DNA of 64,000 bases from Utricularia gibba (taxonomy: Eukaryota > Plantae > Magnoliophyta), in assembly GCA_002189035.1 (NCBI GenBank), contig CM007992.1, positions 3,410,001 through 3,474,000 on the forward strand, given 5' to 3'. The position numbers and the translations under genes were made by a program. Shown here piece by piece: positions 1-12,425 of the stretch; within the stretch, counting starts at the first letter, position 1; each line of letters starts with the position of its first letter. The notes below the pieces were generated by a model. That model searched no databases, was not told where the DNA came from, and was given only the letters and a program-made list of their open reading frames with translations.

Positions 1-68
1 AAAAAGGAGGAGAAAAAAGCTAAATAACTGTAGGAATATGGAAGATAACTCAGATGGCGAGAGTCCAT
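1..68 (-). CDS. Possible 5' end of a gene running off the left edge (signal-peptide-like start)
   Basis: ATG at 68-66 gives MDSRHLSYLPYSYSYLAFFSSF..., open to the window edge and increasingly hydrophobic. Too short to verify. Confidence 0.25.
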   Translation of the reverse strand, partial: MDSRHLSYLPYSYSYLAFFSSF

Positions 69-2273
69 CGTAGGGAAGATAGGGTGAAGATCACCGTATC
101 AAATCCCCCGCCTCCCATCACCACCGTCCACGTGTGCGTCTGTTGGTGTGAGAGAAACTTTGCAAGGATTTAAACCTTCGTAGGTTAAAATTAATTACAT
201 TTAGCCTCTCTTTAAAATAAATTATTTTATTAAAATAAATTCAAAAGTTCTAAAGTGGTTTTATTTTTAAAAATTAATTTCAATTATAATTACATAATAT
301 ATAATTATTTAGATATAAATAATTCAAATTTTTGGTCGCCACAACAAAACTAATTTCCCTCTCTTTGTTATGGTTTGAGAACATGATACATAGATTTAAT
401 ATTTTTTAGAAAAAAGGTAATTTAAAAATTATATTTCGGTGCTTTAAGATAAAGACGAAAAGGGGCCCACGCGTGGCTCTGGGCAATTCATGTGGGTCCC
501 ACCGACCCCCTCAGGACACAGTCCTCGTCAGCTTTTTATAATCATTGGGAGGAGGGAGGAAGGAATATGATGCTCGCCGGCCCACCAAAAGCTGACTGAG
601 CCTCTCAACTGTAAAGACTAAAGTGAGATTAGGCTTCCTCTAATTCCTCCCTAATCTTAATTACGTGCACGTTTTCACACCAGATTCGGACCACTAATTA
701 CCAACCGCTAATCATAATTAAATCACACCCCTTCACATTTTAGTAAAATAGAATCATTCACAATTTACCTAAAAAATTAATACTAAAATAGATCCTTTAT
801 TTTCATAAATATAATATACCTATCGAATTTTCTAATCACTTCAAAACTTAGAGAATTGGATGCCCCGCAAAAGCCTGGTGTGATTCCATGGTATTGTTTG
901 CGATACCAAATTAGAGGTGTGGGTTATGAAATAACGCAAATGTCTTATCAAAGAATTAGAATCAAAATCATCTAATTTGCGTATTTGGGTAGCGAAACAA
1001 TCCATTCATGGGAATCGAAATTTAGGGGGGCTCAAGTGGGTTCATGGGAACTCAAAGGTGTGAGGGCATGTATACAAATTTTAATTCAATATATGAAATA
1101 GATTGTACTAATGATTAAATCATCTTTATACTGTTAATTAAGTGAAGGTAATATCACAAAATAATTTTTCAATCATTATTTTAAATCATAAAAAAAATTA
1201 AATCACTTGTACAAACAGTTAGTAGTGTTGACTCTTCGATAATGATTGAATTATTTTTTAATGATATTTATTAAATAATGAATGGAGGATTATTTTTTAT
1301 ATTCTAGTTAAATTAAAAACGACTAAATCAAGATGGTTAGGAGGATGGGTGACGTAAGATGCGTATAGTGGTAAAAATGTAAATTGATGTTCTGCAGTGC
1401 AGTGGAATTATTGAGAGAGAGAGAGAACAAGGACATATCCGTCCATGGAAAAATTCCAACCTTTACCGCTTTTTTTTGTTCTTTTCTTTGTTTGGAATGA
1501 CCGGAATTAATTAAATTTTATATAAAAAAAAGCAAGAAAAAAATCAAGCAGACTCTTGATTAAAAGGAAAATTCTCTATATTTTATTTGAAAATTAATTA
1601 TTATGTTCATTTTCTAGTAGATTTTATTTTTTCGTGTTTTCCATTTTAGTATTTTACCTCATTTTTTTAAAAAAATCAAATTATTATAAAAATAATAATT
1701 CACGCCGTACGAGGTGGCACGAGTCCTGGCCCCACTTGCGTATTTATAATTTTCTGCGCCCTTTTCAGTGTGCCCGGAAACCCAGAAAACTTCAAGGATA
1801 CGACGTCGCAGGGCCTCGTGTAACGTTTCCTCGCGTGGATAAAAGAGTATTTTTTTTAATAAAAATAATTACGTCCCTTTCCCGAAGGTGTGTAATTCCT
1901 TTTCTAACCTCCACTTTTGACTTTCGGATAAAGAAGCTGAGAAGAAAGGGAAACTTAGCTTTCTTTCGAACACAAGTGCTGCTAATCATGGTCCAAATCG
2001 CACATCTTCTGGACAAAGAAGGGTGGTTATTGATATGGGGGAGGTGGGTGGAGGAAGGGAGATCTGAACAAGTGTTTATTGCACGGTTAACTACAGTACA
2101 AGGGAACAGCACCGGAGTTGCAATGTACACAGACAGACCTGAAACCCCTTCTGCGCCATAAAATGCAGAAGAGATGACTGGAAAAGAAAAAATCCCTGAC
2201 TCTTCATCGCCACTGGTACTCCATTAACAGTAGGGGATGGCGGATTGCAGAGAAGATGAGCATCAGATAATCA

Positions 2274-3584
2274 TTAGAGTTTTGTTTGACCTTTTTCCCT
2301 CTGGGTTTCATTGAGGAGTGAAGCTAGACCGGTGATCACCACCATCTTGTTTCCCTTCTCCAAGCTGTTGGGCTTCACCGGCGATTTGGGTTCCTCTGAG
2401 AAGATCAGATTCAGTTCTCCGGGTTGGGGATCGGAGATTTGGGTCTCTGTGTTTTTGGGGTCGTCTGATTTGATCTGGGTGAGGCGAGTGTGGGGGCCGA
2501 GCCACTTGGATTTCACGTACTCGGGTTTGCGCCATGGCGCGATGTGCATCCCTTTTTTCTTGAGACTCAGACGCGCCGCCTCCGTCGCGACGGAGATGAT
2601 TTGGAGGAGGCGATCTGGTTTTCCGACGAATACTTGTGGTAGAATTTGTAAGATCGCCTTGTAGCTGCTTGTTGATCGAGCGATTTCGAACTCCGATCGG
2701 AAATCCACGTCGATTATCAATCTTTCCCCCTCGATTACCACATCTATGTATTCGTATTCACCTGGAAAAACACGTAAATCAGATCTTCAACAAGGGATTT
2801 TCAGATCTGGATTAACTCCAGAACGTAAAGGTCGGATGATAAATGAGAATTTGAACAAAAAAGATGAGATCTTTACCAGCAGGAACAGTGGGAGTTTTTT
2901 CCCATTTAGATCTGCAAACAGAGGCATCATAGCCAAGCGCAATAAGCCCATCCACGACATTTTTTCTCATTTCATCTCTTGGTTTGCAAGTTTTGTTGTT
3001 CTTCTCCACGATTTTTGAAGTATCAGCAAGCAGATTTCTTTCGACCAAACTCGCACAAGGAACCAAACTCTGCAGAGGGAAAAAAATGAAACATGGGTCA
3101 TAAGAAATAAAGAAAATGGACTGAGGCTCCGTGAAGGGGAAGCACCAGAAAAAAATCTCAGTACCTTGAGAGTATCTGAAGGATCACTGAAGGAAGAATT
3201 AGATGACAAGGATTCGGAGAAGATATCGACCTCATCGTCGGAAGTGTCGTTGCTGTTACCGTGAAAGCAGTTGCACCGACTCCGGCCACATTTCGCCGAT
3301 GGAACCGCTGATTGCTTCTCGTTTCCGTCTTCTATGAAATTCCGAACCATCTTGTCTAGACATACAGAGCTCGGCTCAAACTCAGCAACCGCCGGCGCCG
3401 TGGTCGCCGCAGCCACCGGCTCCTTTTCTCCTCCGGTAGCCGGTTGCTTCTCAGTTAGGGAAATCTTCAGAACACCATTGAATGGTCTGTCAAACAGCCG
3501 CTTCAGACGCGATTTTAGAACCAAGGGCTTCACCGTCTCCCCTTGGATCAAATCAATCGGCTGAACTCTCGTCGGAAAAGGCAT
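2274..3584 (-). CDS. Plant DUF506 (PDDEXK-like) family protein, 3 exons
   Basis: Exons 3584-3165, 3069-2877, 2761-2274 joined by GT-AG introns. Motifs MPFPTRVQPID, EFEPSSVCLDKMVRNFIE, GYDASVCRSKWEK, GEYEYIDV..GERLIIDVDFRSEFEIAR, GMHIAPWRK. Confidence 0.93.
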
Positions 3585-6500
3585 TTCCCCCAAATCCCAA
3601 CTCCAACAATTCAAAAAAAACCCCCCAAAATCCAGATAACAATACAGCCAGGCGTTAATTCAACTTCACAATCCTCCGATCACCATCATCTCAAAGAGAT
3701 GGCAACACCAGAGAATCAAATTAACTCGAGCGAGAAACAACAAAAGCAAAAACAAGGAAAAATTCACGCACTGAAGAAAGCCACACGAAACCCGTAGCTT
3801 TCCATCACAGCTGTTGGGGAAAAAAACGTGACGATGATGAAAGGAAACACGAGCAATGTGTGTGTTATAGTTTTTCACATAAACCGCTTAGCAACACGCC
3901 GGAACACTCTATCCCCCGGGAAACGCCATTAACGGCGGTTACATAATTCCTTCCTGCAATTCTCCTCCGTATTTTTCCCCTTTCTTTTTCCTATTTATTT
4001 TTTTTTCACCCAAGACGAAATGGGAGTGAGGCGGGTTTATATAGCAGCTTCAGCTCCGTGACACTGTCAAAATGCCACGTGGACAACCCACACAACACCA
4101 TAGCAAAATATCCCTTTTTTTTTTCTCGTATTCATTTAAATTACTACCACCCCAATTAAATCAGGGTTTTGCTATAGAGAATAATATATATATATCTTTA
4201 AATTCTTTTTTGTAATTTTAGGGTAAACCTCATCCAATAATTATACATTTTTCGATTGCATTATAATATAATATTATAGAATGAGAATGCAAAAAACAAG
4301 TAGATATTTTTTTTTCATATTCAAATAATTTAAATTCTCATTCTTAAAAAATACATTCATTCATATAATACATAAATGAACTCATTATAATTTTTCTCAT
4401 TATCATTCTTAATAAAATAAGAATTTAAATGAAGAAAGTGCATAGAATATGCCCTATGTAAAAAAAAAAAAAATCATAATTGAATGCCCCACAGCAATAC
4501 CTTTCGAATACCCCTTAATAAGTTTGAAGGAAGGGTGAATAAATCTTAGGCTAATCCCACATCCATTACGAACGGAATAAAGGAATAGTTTAGATAAGTC
4601 ATTTTTCTCTAATCTTGTATAATATTTTTTCTGTATAAGAGAAGAATGTAAAATTGTAAAAATTGAATATTTAAAATTGATAATATCATATAAAAAAAGA
4701 ATGAGTTTGTTACATTTGATAGTAGAGCATCACAAAGAATAGTGGAAATACAATTTATATAAATCATAAGAGTTATCATGCTTGAAATGTATAACATCAT
4801 ACAAGAATAGTATCGTTTTGTATCATAAAATTTGAATTTGAATCACATTAATTAAACACTATCTAAAAAACTCCAAACCCTCTAAACAATCACAAAAACG
4901 AAAAGATTGCTCCCCAAAACCGGAAGTCCCAAAAAAATAAAACCGCAATTAGTGTTTAATCAAACCCATAATTAGTAAAACAAACCAAATTCAACCTAAC
5001 CGATCCCCAACCGCTAACTGATTAAAAATAGATTTAAAATTAAAGATGGAAAATAAATGCCAGCTGTATTTCAGATGTGAGATGCGTGTTTGATTGGACA
5101 AAGGGGAAATCGAAAAATTCCCGTCCCTAAAATTAGGGTTTCAGTTAAATAATTTCGCTTCATGTTCAGGTCATATCATGCGTATCCGTGATCAATTATG
5201 CGATCGTACGGCAGGAGCATGAGCGTTTATGATGATCTAACGGTTGGAGATCCTACAGAATTAGGTTTTTTTTTATTTCAAAAAAAAGAAAGCAGTAAAA
5301 GTTAATGGGAGTTATTTACTGTCAGTGATTTAGGCACAATAAAAGCCTTAAATTCAAAATGCAGGTGTAATTATTAACCTCGCAAGCCTTCAGAAAATAT
5401 AAATGACCACTGGCTTTATTAATTTATTATCCTCCCTATTATTAAAAATAACGCGTCGAATAATGCCCTCAATAATTTTCGATTCAATTCCTTCCCCAAA
5501 AACACCCTTTTAAAATCATCAATCCAAATACAAATTTTTATCTAAATGAGATCATAGGTCAAATCTATTTACATACTAATTTTTATTTTAAAAATATTAT
5601 TAGATTCACAGTCATCTTTTATGATAATATCCGTTTTTACATTATGTAGAAAATGCAAAATGTAACATATGACAAACCAAATTTTACATTGCTGAATATT
5701 AGACGTAGGTGTAATTAATTTGCATAGAAAAAATAAAAAATATATATGTTTAATATATGATGGTATTTAAGTAATGAGGAATCATTATTTATTTTATATA
5801 AATTTTATAATTATATTAATTTATATTCTTTAATACAAATTAATATCTTTGGTTCCGTACCACACCGTTTGCATTTGAACACAGTTCATTTGTCATCAAT
5901 TATTTTATTCAAAAATAGTAAAATGACAAAATTGAATCTGGTTGGAGATAATTGTTGAGGGGGCCCGGGATGTTACCGTCCACGAATTTAAATATGAAAT
6001 AATAAGTGGATAAGATAAAAGCAAAAGTAATATAAAATAACCGAGATAAAAGCCCCAAGATATTTGTGATATCTTTCAATCTGGTGGCTGCTATTTTTCC
6101 ATCATTTCTTTTACAAATTAAATGGAAAATTAAATAATTTTTTTTTACCAAAATTGATTAGAAAATTGTCAATTTTAGGGTCACATTTGGACAAGTACCT
6201 AGAAAAAATGACTGTTTTAAGATGGGACTAATTGAGTAGGTAGTACCAAAATTTGGAAGTTCGTCAAATCAATTATATTGTAATAAATTATTTATGACTT
6301 TCAAGGTTAAACCAAATTCTATTTTATAAGAAGTAATGTTTTAGAATCAATTCAATTCTATAAACTTATAACATATAATTATTAATAAGTATGAATAAAC
6401 ATGTCATATACTTATTAAAATAAATTTTCTTTTTTTATACTTCAAATATGAATTCATTATATAATAATTATTTTAAAATTTTTTGTAAACATATATCAAT

Positions 6501-7156
6501 TATCATTTTATAACAATTTTAAATTCTCTTCTCCATTCCTAAATATGAATAATTGGTTGTCATAGAATTGTTATTTATTTTGGTAATTAAAAAATCATAT
6601 ATTGTTATTTTTAAATCGAATATAATTAATCTTTACTATTTTCATCATGTTGATAAAATTAGTCTGTTTTAATTGGCATTATATATAGTATAAAAATAAT
6701 AAAAATGGGGGATGACGTCATATATAGCGTAAGAATAAGGAAGTTGTTGACAAAAAGGCGTTGGTTTAGCCCCACGAATGGGAAATGCACCCTATTCCTA
6801 CAAGGGAAACGTTGCAGAAGCCAGACTATTTATGCGAATAAAGCGACACTCTTTTGGCAGGTAGTCAACAACTGGGGCCCATTACCCCAATTGGTGAGCC
6901 CCACACCAACCGATACCAATCAGAGTAAGTTATCTGGTGAAAAATTAAATTAAAATAAGGTGGTGGGCCGGGTGTGATCAAACTCCACGTGGTGACTGTT
7001 CATTGGAGGGAGTACCTGGACCTCGCGCACATTGAACCGGAACTCGAGGGGCAAGTTAACTGAATTGATTAATAGTTCCGCGGGGTCCGCGATATATAGT
7101 GCCCACGAGATATTTCAGATTTGAAAACCACGCACCGCACACACTGCGTTTTGTGT

Positions 7157-7164
7157 TTTGCCGC
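7157..7164 (+). promoter_or_regulatory. E2F-consensus site (TTTSSCGC) upstream of DMC1
   Basis: TTTGCCGC about 45 nt upstream of the DMC1 ATG. Short motif, function unproven. Confidence 0.3.
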
Positions 7165-7209
7165 GCTCTTGTTCTTTCTGGGAAACGTTCTCCGTCTGGA
7201 AGCTAGAGA

Positions 7210-9582
7210 ATGATCGCGTTCAAGTAGTAGTCGTCAATGATGCATTGTTTTAGTTTGATTGCTGGATCGAGTTGTTGTGCATATGGTTGACATTGATTTT
7301 TTGTTTGATCTACAGAACAGAAGAGCACAGTCAGCAGCTGCAGATCGTTGAGAGAGAGGAGATCGAAGATGAAGAGGATCTGTTCGAAGCGATTGATAAA
7401 CGTACTTGTTTTTCTTTTCTTTCGTTTCCATTTTGCAGCTATTTGCAACACCTTAATTTCGGTGTTTTCTGTTAATTGAAAAAGTTTAAGCACTTCTTCC
7501 GCCTTAATTCCATGCACATTTCTTTACTGGATCGAAGATCGGATGTATCCAGTTGATTTAACAGCGTCTCTGCCGTTTTTTCTCACCTTTTTTGCAGTCA
7601 CCGCTTATGGAATAAACGCAGGGGACGTGAAGAAGCTTCAGGATGCTGGGATTTATACATGTAACGGTGTAATGATGCACACTAAGAAGGTGATGTTGCA
7701 AAGCATCATTTCTTTTGTATTCGTTTGACATCGATGAACAAATAATAGTCAACATGTTTGAATCAAACAGAGCTTGACCAGTATCAAAGGACTGTCTGAG
7801 GCTAAAGTGGACAAGATATGCGAAGCTGTCGATAAGATAGTGGTAACCCACTCAGTTTCATGCGGTAATTTTGTAGAACCTAGATGAATTATGGACCTCC
7901 AATGACGCCTCATCTTTCTCAGAATTCTGGTTATATCACTGGGAGCGATGCCCTGCTTAAGGTGAGATATTCTGTTGTTTAGGGAGTTTAACGTGTGACT
8001 TTATTACTCAACGACGGATTTTCTGACTCTGATGTCGTTGCATTGGTACAGCGAAAATCAGTAGTTCGTATCACAACTGGGAGTCAAGCTCTTGATGAGC
8101 TTCTAGGGGGTATTTTGAAGTCTCTAACACCCTTTTTTCTTTCTTGTGTTTATCTCATATGCACAGCATAAATCACTATTCTTCATGCTGTAGGTGGAAT
8201 AGAAACCTCGGCCATAACTGAAGCTTTTGGAGAATTCAGGTGACAATTTCTCCAATGGAATGAAACTCCTCGGTGAAATTATATTATATTTTGCCAAGTT
8301 GAAATTACTATCCTTAACGTATATCATCATTTGATCCAGATCAGGAAAAACACAGCTGGCTCACACCCTTTGTGTCTCGACACAGGTTCTTCATGCACAA
8401 TAGCACTGTTAAATCCCTGTCTGAAGACTCCACAGATTGCATTTTAGTTATAACCATTCCATCTCGATTGTTTCGGCAGCTACCCATAAATTTGAGAGGA
8501 GGCAATGGAAAGGTTGCTTACATCGACACAGAGGGCACGTTGTAATTTTTTTTCTATCCTTTTCCGTTACTTCTCTGAGTTGGTCTGCTACTTCAACGTT
8601 ATTTAACTGTGTTTGACATTTTACAGTCGGCCAGATCGCATAATACCCATAGCTGAAAGGTTCGGAATGGATCCAGGAGCTGTACTGGACAATGTGAGAG
8701 CGACAAAACTCATGGTTCAATACCGCTCACTGGTTGTTTTCTCGTATTTCATCGTTCGTTTCGTAATTGTGGAAGATCGTATATGCTCGTGCCTACACAT
8801 ACGAGCATCAGTACAACTTGCTTCTTGGCCTGGCTGCGAAAATGGCTGAAGAGCCCTTCAAACTTCTGGTAAGCTAATATTCCGTTGTCATCTAAGAATG
8901 AAAGTCTACAATTCCAAAGTGGGAATAAGTTTCTAGCTGCAATTTCAGATTGTCGATTCAGTGATTGCCCTCTTTCGAGTCGATTTCACGGGAAGAGGAG
9001 AACTCGCAGACCGTCAGGTTCATCCACATTGGTTCAATTGTTTCGCTCATTGGTTTGTACCGTGTCAGCTGTCACTAACCCCAAGTGATTTCCTATTCCC
9101 AGCAAAAGCTGGCCCAAATGCTCTCACGGATGACAAAAATCGCAGAAGAGTTCAATGTTGCTGTGTACATGACCAACCAGGGTAGGCATTCTTCATCTGC
9201 TCATTTTTCTCCCAGTCTTATAAAACCAGTCATCCGTGCTAACTGGTAGACTACTGACTGATCCTTCAGTCATAGCTGATCCTGGCGGTGGAGTCTTCAT
9301 ATCAGACCCAAAGAAGCCAGCAGGAGGACATGTTCTGGCTCATGCAGCCACCATAAGGCTCATGTTCCGAAAAGGCAAAGCCGAACAACGGGTTTGCAAA
9401 GTATTCGATGCTCCGAATCTCCCTGAAGCCGAAGCCATATCCTTTTTTCACATTCATTCCATAAACATAGTCTCATTCATACGCAATAAAAAAGAAACTG
9501 CCCTGTCAACTTGAGCAAGTTGTCCTTAGCTGGGAACGTCTTCCAGATAACCCCAGGTGGAATTGCAGATGCAAAGGACTGA
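7210..9582 (+). CDS. DMC1: Meiotic recombinase DMC1, 15 coding exons
   Basis: Spliced translation [20 protein letters not shown]...[14 protein letters not shown]...GEFRSGKTQL (Walker A)...YIDTEGTFRPDR...LLIVDS (Walker B)...[15 protein letters not shown]...[13 protein letters not shown]...[13 protein letters not shown]. All introns are GT-AG except the last (AT-AC). Confidence 0.98.
9437..9537 (+). other. U12-type AT-AC intron (DMC1 intron 14)
   Basis: 5' ATATCCTTTT, branch-like TCCTTAGC at 9523-9530, 3' end AC at 9536-9537. Removing it joins AEA|VFQITPGG in frame. Confidence 0.95.
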
Positions 9583-9775
9583 ACGGTATATATTCTTCTT
9601 ATCTTATCTGGTAATCCTAATTCTCATCCTCCATATCTGTGGTTGTTTACGAAAAATGTAGCGCTTAAACACTACCACATTTTCCTATTCCTTGCGTCAT
9701 CCATAGTGCCAGATGCATACCATTCATTTTTCCAAGTCAGTATCGCTAGGTAAATCCAAAGCATTCCTAGTGGGT

Positions 9776-10165
9776 TTAAAAGGAACCTTGCCAATACCTT
9801 CTTCGGTGATCAGAATTTCCCAGACCAGTCTGCTTAACTACCAATACCTTGAAAGTCATTCTGCGTTTCCCAGAAAAAAAAAGGTGCATTTCTATCCTGC
9901 ATTTGCCATAACTCAAAATCACCCTGGAGAATACATACCATGGTAACCGTGAATCCCCCCCTATCCGGACGGAGTCGCGATTCAATCGAACAAAATCATC
10001 AACAGAGATGCGCCGATCGGAGAGAGAATGGCCTTGGAAAAAAGTGCGGTTTGGACGTCGGAAGTAATCCATCTGTGAGAGCCGCCGAAACAGAAAAACA
10101 GCATCATGATCATCCCGCGCGCATCCGTGGGCCTTGGCAACGCATTCTTGGAAAACTGCCAACAT
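9776..10165 (-). pseudogene. Orphan ORF, possibly a decayed Wali7/TSJT1-like paralog
   Basis: Starts MLAVFQECVAK (resembles the MLAVF..VAK start of Wali7 proteins). Candidate phase-2 GT-AG intron at 9938-9861 after LP; little similarity beyond that. Confidence 0.25.
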
Positions 10166-11984
10166 TTTTCTTGTCTTTCTCGATGTCAACAAAATCGACC
10201 GTTGAAATCCATGTACACTTTTGGTATTTGGCTGCAAAGTTTAGATATATGGAGGAATACCTTAATAAAAATTATTCGATGGAAGAATATTATAAATTAT
10301 ATTATATATATTTAATTGAAAAAATTGTATAATATACATATATATAACTACATTTTTAATGTTCTTAATATACATAAAAAAAAGAAACATGAGAAGAGAG
10401 AAAGGTCGTGTTTACATAAACCGATCTTGAGTTGGATGTATAAACAGTAAGTTGGTTTATTTTTACTTGTTTACAACCCTCCAACCAAACATTGGGTTAA
10501 AGTTAAATCCAACTCTAAACTCACATAAAAACTCCAACCAAACCCGCTTCCTAGACATGGAGGGAGATAGATGGGTTCCTAGTAATGAACAACATCTACT
10601 TGGTGTGTTGTAGAGGACACGGGGTGAAAAATGAACATCCGCAACAGCAGTAGGATATGTGTGCACTGCATCCCCTTTTGCAGACTCCTCTCCGTTACCT
10701 TTCAAACAGGGAATGGAGTTTGCCCAAATCTGGCCGACACCGCAAGGAATCAATATGACATCTTTGTCTTGTTGTTCACATCTCCTTTTTGACCACTCCC
10801 AACACCCCCGGCCCTTTATGTTTTCATCTCCATCCCAACTCATCTAAGGGGTTTATTATCAATCACATTAATCTCCACTATTTCACTATTTTTCTTATTT
10901 TCACATCATATTTCTTTTTCTCCACATCATATTCATTCTTATTTTATTATATATCAAATATTTCATCATTTTATTTTCAACGATCATCAATTTTTCATCA
11001 AATATTTCATCACTTTATTTGTTAACCCAATTCCACGTGTTCTTTCACTCAGATTTTGTTGTAAATCAAACATGAAGAAAAAGAAAATATCAAAACATCA
11101 AACATGTAAAATATTGTCTTAAATTACTTCTTAATTCTCTAAAGTTGAATATATACGTATACTCTAAACTTTATTTCGAAATTTTAACTCGATCTAATAA
11201 ATTAAAACTTTGCATACATCCGAAACCCAATTCCCTCTCAAACCCATCAAATCTAGATCCAACTTTCTCTCAAACTCATCAAATTTAATAAATTGACATA
11301 TTATATAAACTAATTTAAAATCGTTTCAACTAATAATGTAGGATAATCATCTATTCTCTAATACTATTATTCTAACAGATTTCTCCATGGCACCAAGCAA
11401 TTTCATGTCATTTTTGCCGCAACCCCTCCGTCCGAAGGGATGAAGAGTTCATCATTGAGGTGCAATTAATATGGAGATTTTCACCCATTTCACCGTAGGT
11501 TTGCGACACGCATGGAGATATCCTCATGGGTGGTTGATATCTCCTACGTGCACTGAAATGTTATGGATATAGGTAGTATTTTGATTTTTGATGATTACGG
11601 TAAAAATGTCGCACTATCTATTTTAAAATTGTAAATATCTTGTTTTAATGATGAAAAAATGTGTAAATTCTATTAATGGGATCGGTGTGAATGATAAATT
11701 CTTCATACAACATCAATACATTGCTAAAAAATCAAATTTGGGAGGCCACAACTTTACTATTGTATTAATATATTTAATACATAGAAAGTAAAAAAGTGAA
11801 TATTCTCATGGAATTTATATAGAACGGATTGAGAGAATTCAATTACAATTATGTTATTGAATACAAAATAAATGAATTGTTATTCGAACTACTTTTGACA
11901 ATTCGAACAAATATCTCGACAATTTTCATAACTCTTACTTTTTTGTAATATTTGAAAGCATCAAATTGTTAAAGCATTTTTATT

Positions 11985-12238
11985 CGTTTTCGGAAATGTT
12001 GACATGATATTTCTGAAAATTGAATTATTCAGTTTTTGTTATTAAGTTTATGTTACGTTTATATTCATTTTCGGAAATCATAATATTAAAATAAATATTA
12101 TAAATAATATTTTAAACCATTTATGAAAGTAAAACGAGTTTCATCATTTCTATTTCCTGAAAAAAATGAAAAACAAGTTTAATGATTTCAGAAATATGTA
12201 TCTCATTTTCGAAAATGCCATATCAATATTTCTGGAAA
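11985..12238 (+). mobile_element. Dispersed AT-rich repeat (MITE-like), copy 1
   Basis: Aligns by eye with the reverse complement of 32766-33002, e.g. GGAAATGTTGACATG..TTCTGAAAATTGA..TTATTAAGTTTATGTTA.GTTTATATTCATTT and CTCATTTTC.AAAATG.CATATCA. Confidence 0.7.
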
Positions 12239-12425
12239 TGAGTAAATATGATCTTATTGATTGTACATTCATATAATTTAATAATTAATTAAATTCATAA
12301 TCTTTCACATTCAAAAAAAAAAAAGAAAAAAAAAACAGGGTTTGGTGTTGCGGGCATCCGACACTAAACACAAGCAAGACAAGGTAATGAATGGATGCCA
12401 TGCCACCCACTGTGGAGAGCAGCTC

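Noticed and set aside
1634-2161. 175-aa plus-strand ORF and nested ORFs downstream of DUF506
   Set aside because: Non-ATG start, low-complexity AT-rich composition, no motif; most likely 3' flank of DUF506.
10470-10550. Repeated CTCCAACCAAAC motifs typical of TGTTTGG-type MITE ends (also near 32410)
   Set aside because: No matching terminal partner or TSD could be defined by eye.
11514-11544. GGAGATATC/GATATCTCC 9-bp hairpin and a nearby TCATTGAG stretch resembling miR397
   Set aside because: The stem is too short for a pre-miRNA and the match to miR397 breaks after 8 nt.
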